NCBI GenBank assembly: GCA_037447605.1
Contig: CM074812.1
Coordinates: 1,364,001-1,428,000, forward strand
Source: Zygnema circumcarinatum SAG 698-1b
Lineage: Eukaryota; Plantae; Zygnematophyceae
DNA length: 64,000 nucleotides
Direction of reading: 5' to 3'
Shown in pieces: positions 26,531 through 38,098 of this stretch. Position numbers and translations under genes: made by a program. Under the pieces are notes generated by a model. That model saw nothing but the letters and a program-made list of their open reading frames with translations, was not told where the DNA came from and did not search any database. Each line of letters begins with the position of its first letter. The stretch's first letter is position 1.

Positions 26531-28325
26531 GCCCTCTTTCTCTCCCCTTCTCTCTCTTTCTCGCTCTCCCACTCGCTTTCTCGGAGATAGTTCCCGTTCC
26601 GTGTCTGCCGCTGCACTGCCTTCGGAGGCATTGGACCTTTTGCCTTTCGCTGTAACGGGGACATCCGCGCTTGCGTTTGTTTCCGCCCGAGCGGTCGTCT
26701 ACTTCAGAATGCAGGTGCTAGCACTCCCCTTAACTTTATAAAAAATGTTTTTATTTATGCTTTTCTTATATTATAATGATTGTCTAGGGCTTGTTTCAAG
26801 TCTATGAGCTGTAATTTTGCCCCCAATCCAATTCATGCAATTTACGCGCTTCCTTTTTCGAAGTTAAGAAAGGAAAGGAGGGGCTGCAGTACGTTATTGC
26901 AGCCATGCTTGGGCGGCATGTGCCACGTGGCGGCGCGCGAGTGGTGGATCTGAACATAGGCCCCGGGCGGAACCTCTACTACCTCCCCAATGATGTCGTC
27001 CAAGTTTTAGCGGTGAACCCTGCGGAGAACAAGCAGCTGCTGGAGAATCAAGGTGGGAGTGAGAGCTGGAGGGAGAGGGAGAGGTATGGGAGGGGGGAGG
27101 AGGAAGGGGGGAGGGGGGAAGGGGGAGGGGGAGGACGATATGGAGGGAGGAAGTAGGGAGAGAGGCAGTGGGTAGAATTCACGAGGAGAGAGGGGCGGGG
27201 AGGGAAGGTGGGAGAGCGGGGAGACTGGCGGGGAGAGGAGGAGAGGGAAGTAGGAAGGGAGAGCGAGCAGTGGGAGAAAGCAGGAGGGAACCGAAAGGAA
27301 GAGGGAAAGATATATAGAGGGAGAGGGCGAGGGGGGGGACGAGGAGGAGAGGGTGATAGGAAGGGGGAGAGAGGCAATGCGTAGAGGGCAAGAGGGAATG
27401 GAGTGAGAGAAGAACAGGGCATAGGACAGGGAGGGAAATGGGGTCGTGGTGGAGAGAGGAAGTGAGGGAGAGAGGAAGGAGGTGGGAGGGGGTGAGGGAG
27501 AGAGTGAATGACATTGCAGAGGCGACTGCGAAAGCATTACTTTGCCAGTTCTTCCTTTCTCTGCTTTGGCGAATTTTACCTTGTCTGTTCACTGACACGT
27601 GTGAAAGCTTCCATGCACATGGCAGCCATTCAGGCGCGCATTCCCATTGAGATTAGAACAAGAGACCTCCTTTCCTTGCAACTTCCTGCGGCAAGTTATG
27701 ATGCAGTGGTAAACTTAAACATCTTTCTCTTTTCTTTTCTCTGTTTATGTGCATCTTTAAGTCTTTTTGGCTTGGATGTCATCCAGCTAACTCTTATGCT
27801 TTCTTTCCTGCTGTGATTTCTCTGGACGGTTTTGCAGGTCTCTGTGTACGGTTTTAGCCAATTAGAACAAAGCACTTTGCCGCTGATCCTTAATGAAACT
27901 TCTCGAATTCTGAAGGCAGGAAAGGTAAAAGGTTGGTTTGGACTTTTGGTATTGTAATGCTTGTTTTCTGTTTTACTTTGTTTCATTTCGTTTTGTTCCC
28001 TTAACCTATTGACATTGATTTGATTCAAATCAGCCGTTGATCTTTGTGGAGAGTTCACGCGCTAATGGAGGACCTCTAAAAGCCATTCAAGGGCTATGGT
28101 GGGATATTCTTAAAGCCACCGGAAGGAAAACCCACTATAGGGGAGATCTCTTGGAAGCCATCAAGGTAACGAACATTTAAAAACCAAAACAAACCAATTA
28201 GTCTTTTAGGGTTTTTAGGGTTTTTAGGCTAGTCACAATCTGCACTCTGTCAAAAACTGAAGAGACCTTTTCTTTTCAGTTGGTGGTGGCCTTACTGGCT
28301 CAGGCTTCTGTGTTCATTCCAACGG

Positions 28326-28369
<44 letters not shown>

Positions 28370-28551
28370 AAAAATGGGTGCAGGCGACACCCGGTTTTGA
28401 AGATGTGTCGGCGGACCGATTACTCGAATTTCAGGACCCTCACGTGGTAGGAGTAGCTATTAAGGGAGAGGTTAGCGCTGGAAAGAAGGTGAAAGCTTCC
28501 TCAGGGGGATTCAAAGGTTTCTCCAGTAAAGGGGAGAGCTCACGGAAATAA
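26018..28551 (+). CDS. Class I SAM-dependent methyltransferase (Methyltransf_11 / METTL7-like), probably plastid-targeted; 7 exons
   Basis: Exons 26018-26199, 26591-26714, 26890-27052, 27626-27708, 27838-27924, 28034-28165, 28384-28551. Ser/Arg/Ala-rich N-terminus. Motif I-like VVDLNIGPGRNLYY, motif II LPAASYDAVVS, motif III ETSRILKAGKPLIFVE. Confidence 0.8.
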
Positions 28552-29595
28552 GTTAAAACTTTTAAAAGAGAGTTGTGACGCTACACTGTTGTTCCAGTGT
28601 ATGAAAACGAGAGTCAACGCAGTTTTGTCCTGTTCGAAAGAGTTTAAGAGAGTTGGGAAATAGAAGCAAGGAGCGGGGCAAGTTTGCAGTTTGAGGCTTA
28701 ATTGCAGGCCATTTCCCCGTTTGTGTACAGGAAGGATTTTTGTATTTGAGTTGAAGTTCGAATACTTGTTAGTGTCATGAAATTTTATGTTTATTATGTT
28801 ATGCTTGTAAGGGAGAAAAGGATTGTACGGTGAGAACTTGTACTCTGAGAAATCCTCAATGTCAATGAACATTGCGATATTGTCAAAACATTGACATATG
28901 TCAAACCATTGACAAACGTCCTGAGACGACACAAAGGAAACTCTCTGGTAAAGTATACTCCAACTAAAATCTTTACAAGTTGAGCCAAACTTGGCCACCC
29001 GAGCTAAGAATTAAAATTGTGGAAAAGAAAGATGGCAGAGAAAACTAACAAGTGTGGCAGAGCACGCCTCTAGATTGTTGCCTGACCGAGCCCAGAAATC
29101 GGTGCTGACCAGGCTTTATTTGCGAACTTCGCATGAATGCAAAGAATTTGAGATGCTGAAATGTGTACAGACCTGGATAAAGTCACAACGGAGTCATGTG
29201 CCGAACGATGGACGGTGCCACTCGATGGGGATGAATCCCCATTGTGGAAAGAAAGGACGGCGCCTTTGAGGAATCTCCAACAGCCATTTCTCTCTCTGCC
29301 TCTCTGCCTCTCTCCCTCTCCCTCTCTCCCGTCTCCTCTGGTATCCCTCCGTCTCCCACTCCCCCACTTCTCTCTCACTCGCTCTTTCCCGATAACCCTC
29401 CCCGCCCCCTTTCCCTTCCGCTGCCTCCCTTCAACTCTCGCTCTCCCTTCCCCTCCCCCCCACTCACTCTCTCCCCCCCTCGATCTCTCCCTGCCCCTTC
29501 CACCTCTCTCCCCCTCCTCTTGAACAGCGCAAGCGTGTCTTGCCTCCCCGCAGTTTATTCAGCCCCAAATTGCACCTCCATATCACATCAATCAA

Positions 29596-31766
29596 CTAGC
29601 TAAGCTCCCCATAATTCTCCGCCATGGCTATGTAAGCTGTTAGCGCTTGCTGCAGCTTCCTTAGCCGTTCCCTTTCCGTCCCCTCCCCCGACCAATAGTG
29701 GCGTACTCGCCGGCCATGGTGGCCGGCGAGCTCCTTCATGGGGACGAGAGCAATCTGCTCCTTGTAGCGGCTGGCTATGGCGTTCAGCCTCCCCTGCTCC
29801 CACGGTCTTGCAATGTCGAACTTTCCACTAGGATCGTTGTACCATTCGTCCAAAAACTGCATTCAAACCCCAAATTTCGAAGGTTAATTATGGAATCTGT
29901 GTAGATTATGGTCATCTGTTTATTGGGGTTAACCCCTCCAATGTGCTGAATATGTCAGTGAGGAAAAAATCTACCTTGTGGGTGGCAGTGGAATTTCGGA
30001 GAAGGAAGACTCCCGTGTTGATGAAACCCAGTTCGCAAGTTTCACTTCCTTGGTCTGGAAAAAACTCCACGACGCCTTCCGGGAACTTTCCAGCACATGC
30101 GCCTTCTTCGCTGTCTCCATTCCTTGGAAAGAGGCCGATGACGTCATCGTCCGAGTCTGGAGGCTGAAGGAGCTTTCTTGGGTCTTGAGGAAACCACGTT
30201 TGATTCTCCAAATCTACTCCGTAGTCGGCTTCAAGCCATTTGAAATAGTCCTAAAGACACACACACTTTCTTCACTTTAAGAAGAAAGAAAATTGTGCAT
30301 CTTATACTGTGTGGGATCTTTTTCTAAGCGAGTGAGGCCACTTCTTGGATCAGCGCAGTTCGAAATAAAGTACTGACAAATGGTGGTATGTATGAGAGTG
30401 GCACCTTCGAGGTAAGTTCTGAAAGCCAAGATTCAACGGAGAGGCTGTGCTCGTCCATTCGGAAGTATGCGTCGGAGTCGAGGAAGAAGGCCCACTTGCA
30501 GCAGCACTGCAGCTGCTCCTGGAGGAGGCGGATCTGGGGCAAATGAAGCGCTGTTGTCAGCGAGGGAGAGGGAGAGGGAGAGGGAGAGGGAGAGGGAGAG
30601 GGAGAGGGAGAGGGAGAGAGGGGGGAGAGAAACGATGCGATAGATGGGAGCATGAAAAGAAGCATTTGGTGTCACCTTCTTCCATGCGGGAGCCAACCTC
30701 CTCTCATCATGAAATTTTTCTCCCGAGCTCATTACGTAGCGGTAGCCATGCCGCCGAGCGTACCCTCTGCTTCCACCATGCATCAGCGCGCACCATGTCA
30801 TTTAACTCTAGGAAAGACTACAACATGGCTCATACAAACCAGCCACTTCTCTTCTTGGTAGACTCCAAATTCTCCTCCCCCAACCTCCCAAACCTTTTTC
30901 CTTTTCCGCCCTCCTTTCCGCCCTCCACTCTCACATGCGACTCTAGCGACTTCAACTACTATTCACATGCATAAACTGTGACTACATCGCTATCCTTCAC
31001 CATGTTGTTCAGTATTAACTAGTTCACACATTTCGAACATGTGAAACAATGCAGCCAAACCCACCGGTTAATGATCCGGGACGCCGTCCAATAGGGGAGG
31101 TCCCTTTGGCCCTCCTCAAAGGCCTCCAGTCCGTCGTAGTGCAGTGAGCGGTCGTCTAACTGCACAATGCAACCGCCCGAATGCCGCTCCCGCCGCTGCA
31201 TGCACAGCCATGCACGTCCTGCGATCTGCTGTTAGTATGGCATTACATTTCCCTTTCCGGGGGGGGGGGAGGGAAGAGGGGATGGGTTAGGAGGCGGGGT
31301 AGGAGGAGAGGGGAGGGAGGGAGAGGACGAGGGAGGGAGAGAGAAAGGAGAGGGAGGAGGAGGAGAAGGGGAGAAGGAAAGGAGGAGGATAGATATGGGA
31401 AAAGGGAGGGGGGGAGAGGGAAATGGAGGGGTGAGAAGGAAATGGAAGGGAAGTAGGGAGGGGGGCGAGGCTGGAATATAGATGTGCTGGAGAGTGAGAG
31501 ACAAGGAAGGAAAAGGAAGAGAGAGCGAGCGTGCGAGAGAGAGATAGAGAGAGAAGCAGAGGCCTTGCCTGCTCGTGGCGCCGGTCCTTTATGACGACAG
31601 AGTTCCCGTCCCTTAGAATCTCGCTGAGGTCCGACACCCAGAGCCGCGTCTTCCTCGTGGTTTCCACCTCCCCTCCAAGCACGTTCCTGCCCTCCTCGCC
31701 GGACACAGCCGCCGCTACGGTCACACCCCATGCAAGCAGCAGCGCTGCTATCCGCACACCAATCAT
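29596..31766 (-). CDS. GT34 (GMA12/MNN10-type) glycosyltransferase-like protein, paralog B; 6 exons
   Basis: Exons 31766-31569 (GC donor), about 31228-31065, 30766-30676, 30533-30405, 30250-29975, 29856-29596. Signal peptide MIGVRIAALLLAWGVTVAAA. Motifs YARRHGY, AWKK, FFLDSDAYF, FINTGVFLLRNS, WEQGRLN. Confidence 0.82.
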
Positions 31767-34559
31767 GATTTCCTATGAGGCCTAATTTCAACAGGACACT
31801 AAGGAGGTTTGGGGAATATTTTCTCCTGTTCTCTCTCCCTTTATCTCCCTCTCTCTTTCTCTATCTCTCTCTCCTTCTCCTTCTCCCCCTCCCTGTCCCA
31901 GTCCCTCTCACTATCCCTGTCTCTCTAACTCGCCCTGTCCCTCCCACTCCCTGTCTCTGTCCTCTCCGTCTCTCCCTCCTCTCCCTCTCCCACTCTCTCT
32001 CCCTGTCCCTCCCGCTCCCTGTCTCTCTCTCCCTCCCTCTCCCCACCTGCCTCTCCCTCCCTCTCCCTCCCCCAGCTATTCCGCAGCGCCACTTTCCCGC
32101 CGACGAAGAGATCCGTCAGCCCCGTCACGGTCCAGTGGTCGTCCGTCCGTGCGTCCGTACAATGTCCTGCAAAAAAGTACCTGAAGAACCTGTCAAGCCG
32201 CTCGCCGACAAACGAACCGTTACCTTCCTGGCTTCTTCCTCCTTGTCCATTTACTAAAGACAAACAAATGTGATAATGTAGAAAGAAACCACTCCAGGTG
32301 AGCCGCGTTTCAAGGACTTTGTGACTGTCGTGTAGCCTCTGTTTGGAATTAGAGACCACTTATTTGTCGTCTTGCCGGTTTAGTTTTTTTGGAGTTTAGC
32401 ATTGGCCACTGCGGCCGTTTCTTCCCCTTTGGTCTCTCTGAAGATAATGCCAAAAATGTAGGAACATAATTGCTCTGTTCGCGAAAGTGTCCGACACCTG
32501 GCAGCTGCTGGCGACGCGAGTCCAGTTTGACTCGTCATTATCTTGGCTTTGTTCGTGCAGATTTGACTCACTATGGAATCCAATCAAATTTCGCCACGTA
32601 TAATATTTCTCACTTTTTCCATTGGCTTTTTAATCCACGTGGCGCTACCTCGCTGGATCCAGGGGCCTCTGTACCAACTAACAGTACATTTTTTTGTTTT
32701 TTTGGAAGAGTGATCCAGTCATTATCCGCCAGGTGTCGTTTCCGAAGGGCTTCAAGTCGGCCGGTTGGTACAGTACGGCAGCTGGCAGGGTCGGGCGGGA
32801 AATTTTGTCGTATGTCTCAGGGAGGCGACTCCGTGGCCGTACCTCGACAGCGAATGTCGAACCTTCACCAGTGTGAGGGACCGGAGCAAGACCAGCCAGT
32901 GGTGAGGCGCCACGTGGCAACGATTTGCCTTTGACGCGCGTCCGAGGTTGCCGCACGTCCCTCCAAGCCCAGAGGCGCTTAGGGACGAGGGGCCGTACTA
33001 TATGTACGGATAGTCATACGGTATCCGTACGATTAGGGCAAATCATGGTGCATGAAGCACCATGGTAGCTTTAGCACTCGCAACACTAACATGGTTCAAG
33101 AGTTTGCATCAACTTTTAAAGCCGTGTTGTTAAGCCAACAACTAGAGTTATGTACATATGAAAATATAGCCATCGTTAGTACAAAAGCAATTCACTTTAC
33201 ATTTTTTTAGGGTTTTTAGAGTGAATTGCGCCAAGGCTTTTCAGAGGCTTTTATGGTATTTACAGGTTATCCCCTTAAGTCAATCTCAAACTGTCCGTGC
33301 TTAAGCTATTTACGATGTTTAGGGGTTTTCCCGTGTTTGAAAGGCCTAACGATAAGCCCTAATGTAACAGTACGGTGCAGGGTAAGTGTATGACTTCATG
33401 TTTATACCCGCGGTTGCCTTTCAAGGGTTTAAGCACGCAATTAGTCCAGATCAATAGGGCGTGTCAGACTTAACAAAATGTTACGAATATCGAGTTTTTA
33501 GTATTACGAGAATCGAGGTTACTAAGTACTAAAAATCATCGCGCCCCCGAACCTAAACCGAACCGAACGGAAGTCAACTGTACTAAGTCAACGGGTCAAT
33601 TGAGCTTGGCCGATTTGGGACACTTGTCAAGGCCTTGTTGTTCGTACAATATTGGTCTGTCAGATTACGCGGCCCGGGTTCCTGCTGTCGATTGTCGTAC
33701 AATTCCACGTGGCAGTCTATCATTGCTAGTTGTCCAAAAAGACCGGCCTTGTCCAGGATTCGCGCTAGACCACAAGCGTGTAAGGAATGATGACGTGGAC
33801 AGGCAACACGTGTGTCACGTGGACGCACGCGGGCCGCCGGCCCGCCGACGAACGGCGAACACGTACTTTGAGGCAGCTGAGCCTGGTCGGGAAAATTTGT
33901 CGCTTCTGTGGGGTTTCCATTCAGCCTGGAACCATTCATGGTTCGCATGTTTGGCAACAACCACAGCAACAAACGTGCTAGCGGCCGGGGTGCTAGCTAG
34001 CGGGCTTAGTTGTTGGCGTCGCCATCGCGAGACCCATGTGCCACATTGCTCCTCTCATGTTGGAACATGCCGCGAGGAAGCTTCTAGAAGGGTAGGAAAC
34101 CCAGGCCCTACGACGGCCGTCCACGACCGTCACCCTTTCGCCGGCCGTTTCGTCGGCCGGTTGTCCACTAAAAACGACAAACGTTCCCGCCAGGAGCACA
34201 GCGGGCTGGATGTACGGTCAACCGGCTATAAACCCGCCGGCTCTCCCCCCGTCGCCGGCCGAAACCCTATCGACGTGGAGCGTCGAGGGCCGTGGATTCG
34301 TCCACGTGGCTGGTACGCGCACGGCACAGCTTGATATGTGTCCCTAGCGCTGCTACCAAAGGATGGGGATGGAACTGCCTGCGGGCCGCCATGGCTCGAG
34401 CTCGCGTCTGCCGCCAGCTCCCCTCGGAAGCCGACCGGTGGAAGGCCGAGAACGATGTGTGGCCGCGCCGCACACACTACCGCTGGTGAAGGTACGCCTC
34501 CCTCCTGCTCTCCCTTTCCCTCTCACCCTCCCCTCCCCTCGTGCCTCCCTCCCTCCCTA

Positions 34560-34960
34560 ACTGCCTGCCTCCGCCCTGCTTGCCTGCCTGCATGCCTGCA
34601 TACCTGCATACTTTCGTGCCTGCATGCCTGCATCCCCTGTGTGCCTGTATCCTTGCATCCCTGCATGCCTGCATGCCTGCATACCTGCGTGCCTGCATGC
34701 CTGCATGCCATCCTTGCTTCTCTGCATGCCTGCTTGCCTGTATCCCTGCATGCCTGCATGCCTGCATGCCATCCCTGCGTACCTGCATGCCTGCATACCT
34801 GCATGTCTACGTGCCTGCATGCCTGCGTACCTGCATGCCTGCATGCCTGTATCCCCTGCGTGCCTGCATCCCTACATCCCTGCATACCTGTGTGCCATCC
34901 CTGCTTGTCTCCATGCCTGCTTGCCTGCATCCCTGCATGCCTGCATGCCACCCTGCCTGC
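34560..34960. repeat. Degenerate 8-bp tandem repeat (GCCTGCAT)n
   Basis: Repeated gcctgcat/gcatgcct units visible directly; they generate the spurious PACLHAC ORFs. Confidence 0.9.
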
Positions 34961-36254
34961 CTCTCCTTTCCCTCACATCTTTTTCTCTCGTCCCTCTTTC
35001 TATCTCATCCCTCTCCCACTCTCAATCTCTTTCTACCTCCCTATGTCCCTTATTTGCTCTCTCCCCTCCGTTTTCTCTCCCTCTGTGTTCTACTCCCGTA
35101 ACTGTTTTTTTCTGCGTACTGTCTGAAACTCCCTTTCCTTGTCTTCGTCGCTCCCTCTCCCTATCTTTCTTTCCCTCTCTCTATCTCTTACCCTCCTTCC
35201 TTCCCCCTTTATGTTCACCCCCTCACTCGCCCTCCCCCTCTCCAGCTTTCCTTCTCTTATCTTCCCCCCGCTGTTCTCCCACTCTATTCCCCTTATTTTA
35301 ATCCCTCCCTCCCTCCCCTCTCCACTATCACTCTCTCTGTCCCCCTCCCTTTCTCCCTCTCCATTTGTTCCCCCCATCCCCTCTCGCTCCCAAAGGATGA
35401 TGTAGCTGCGGTTATCAGAGAATATACGGTATTAGCATTTGCTTCCAAATGTTTTTCCATTTAAATATTTCAACAATAAAATCCGTTGTTATTTGTAACT
35501 TGAAAACCTTTATACAACGCAGCAAAAAAAAACGAGAAACAAATAAACCATAAACCAACCATTTTTTTTGGTTATCAACCTTTTTGTGGGTCTGAAGTCT
35601 GCGTTTATATTGGGCATAAAACTGGTGTTAAACCTCCCACCCTCCGTCTCTTCTCAATCTCCCTGTCTACCCCCCTTCATCCTTTTTGTTTTCTTGTTTT
35701 TCTCGGTAGCCCCCCCACTCCCTCTCCCTCTCCCGTTCCCCCTTCCCGTTTTCTCTCCCCTTCTCCCTCTTTCTCCTTCTCTCCTCCTCTCCTTACTCCT
35801 CTCCCCATCCTCCTTTTGTCTCGTCCCCTCAGCTTTCCCTCTCTCACTCAGTTTTTCGTGGCTGCCCCTTCTCCTTCTCCCTCTCTTTGCATCCCCACTC
35901 TCTCTCTCCCTAAGCTCCGTCTCTTTTCCTACCCCCCCTCTCTTCCTCGTTCTCTGTTTAGCATCTCGGCGACTCTCTCTCTCCTCTCCAACCCCTCTCC
36001 CACTCTCCCTTGCTCCCTTTCACCCTTACCCACTTTCTATCCTCTTCTCCCTCCTCTCCCTCCCTCCCTCTTGTCTCTCCCTTGAGAGAGAGAACTTCTT
36101 ATCAAGTTTAAACATCGAATAAATTACTTTTACAGATGTTGTCTTATTTTAGAGGTGGCGAGCGATCATTGCATGATAGCAGGCTATGATGTGCAACCAG
36201 AGTAGGAAATATGGGCCACAATCCTCGGAAAATTTTGATGTAAATCTCCTTTAA

Positions 36255-36440
36255 TTAAAGAGAGGCGTGATTAGCATCTGTGGGATCAAGGATGTTCGAG
36301 TCTTCCACCACTCCCCACAGATCTCTCGCCTTCAAGAAACACTCTACCCTGAATGACCAAATACTAAAAATTTTCCAATTAAACTTGTCAACGATATAGT
36401 TTTGTGAGTTCATATCCTGTTCAACTTCATAGTCAGTCAT
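36255..36440 (-). mobile_element. Truncated Ty1/copia gag N-terminal relic (DUF4219-like)
   Basis: KFNWKIFSIWSFRVECFLKARDLWGVVE resembles the copia gag motif KFxGxN(F/Y)xxWxFRMxxxLxxxDLWxVV. It stops after 61 aa, and no pol or LTRs are seen. Confidence 0.65.
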
Positions 36441-37247
36441 ATAGAAAAGGCAAGTTTTGAATCACAGAAGCAAAACAAAAGAGTTCACAAAATGTGTCAA
36501 AATCTGGATGATTCACAATTGAAGAACATCAAAAGAGAGGCCGCCTCGAAGGCAGCATGGGAGAAGCACATCTATCTTCAGCAGATCAAGATCTGACAAA
36601 ATCGTTGTTGCGGAGGAAGAAGTTCATCGACGTGAAGATAGACAAGCATGTCCTGACATGTCCCAAGCTCCAAGGCAGCTCAACATAATCAATTCAATTC
36701 TTGCACGGCCTGCTTTATGTCTTGTTTGAGTGCTTCGTTGAGTTTGAATCTTTTCATCTCAGGTTGTAAACTCTTCTGTTGAAGGCTGCCTTTCTTGTAT
36801 GGCTATTTTTTTTTCAAGATTAACAACTTGAACCTGTGGAAACAGTTAGTTCGTAGAATTGTTGCTGTTGCAGGCACTTTTGAACCTAAAATGCCGAAGG
36901 ATCTTTGGGGTTTCCAGGATAGTTAGAATGTTAGGGTCTCAAGACATTTGGCAAGCTACAAAGAACCAACAGAAGGCGTGCCCAATGCTCAATGCTTGAT
37001 CATGTTTGAATCCCACCGGATGCAACTCAGAACTCACCCCACAACTGCCAAGCTTCAAGTCTTTTCAAACAGGAGAAAAAAAAAGCATAGAAAATGAAAA
37101 AAATAATTCCTCACATTTGATATCACCCACACAACACTCTACTGTTACAATTTAATCGAACCCCTCCCCTCCTACCCCCCCTCTCCCTCCCCCGCAGGCG
37201 GTACGGTACACTTGGCATCTAGGAAAAACCGTCGAAGCCATTGAAGC

Positions 37248-37371
37248 TTGGCCCCAACATTGGCCCTAACATGGGCCCCAACATTGGCCCAACATTGGCC
37301 CAACATTGGCCCCAACATTGGCCCAACATTGGCCCCAACATTGGCCCAACATTGGCCCCAACATTGGCCCT
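37248..37371. repeat. 11-12-bp minisatellite (TTGGCCC[C]AACA)n, about 10 copies
   Basis: Direct tandem units visible in the sequence. Confidence 0.9.
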
Positions 37372-38098
37372 TGCGAGCCCTCCTTGTGGGAGATGGTCCT
37401 CCTCCTTATTGGCCGGCGCGAGGTCTCCCTCGGGTCGCTCTAGGCTGCAGACTTACTTCCTAGCATTCTCCCAACGACTATGTTGTTCTGAAACCATAGC
37501 TCGCCGCAGCTTCTTCCACAACTCGCTAGAAAAAAATAGTCATGTGAGAGAAACGAGAGCTTTGCCATTCATAGAGTGACTTTTGTCGCTTATCATGGAA
37601 CGAAGCTTCGCAGCCATCATACCCCACCTGCTGCCTTATAAAAAGGGAATAGTTTTACACCCAAGTTAGTTCACTATGGTACATATATGGGGATATGGGG
37701 ATGTCATTGTTGACTTCACACATATGAACCCCGGATCGGAGGTGCTTCCGCAATGGCAGCCTGACCCGTGCTGACTTTTGCGGAAGAGTTCGCCTCCGTT
37801 TCGAGTACATATGCTCCCCTGCATTATAGCATATGAAAACGAAAAAAACGACGGAAATAGAAAAAAAAGAAAAAAATGTGGGGGGGGGGGGGGGCTCGTC
37901 GAACAGACCCTTTGTTCGTCTTGTGAACTAAAGGCCAAAAAACGAGATTGCCGAAATCCCCTTCGTAGACTGACTGAATGTGAACACCACCCACTACCAC
38001 TTTCCTCGTCAAATTTCTTCCAATTTCAATGTCGACCCCACCTCGAAAAAGTTCTCCCTCCTTCAACAAATTCAGCTTAGGAAGGTTCAGTTCAGCCT

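Noticed and set aside
28540-28998. 152-aa minus-strand ORF
   Set aside because: No recognisable motif and a non-ATG start; it lies antisense over the methyltransferase 3' region.
33583-34489. Overlapping GC-rich ORFs up to 244 aa
   Set aside because: No domain similarity or splice structure; the region looks like motif-rich intergenic DNA.
34338-35301. Cys/His-rich ORFs resembling metallothionein
   Set aside because: Produced by the 8-bp GCCTGCAT repeat and open in most frames.
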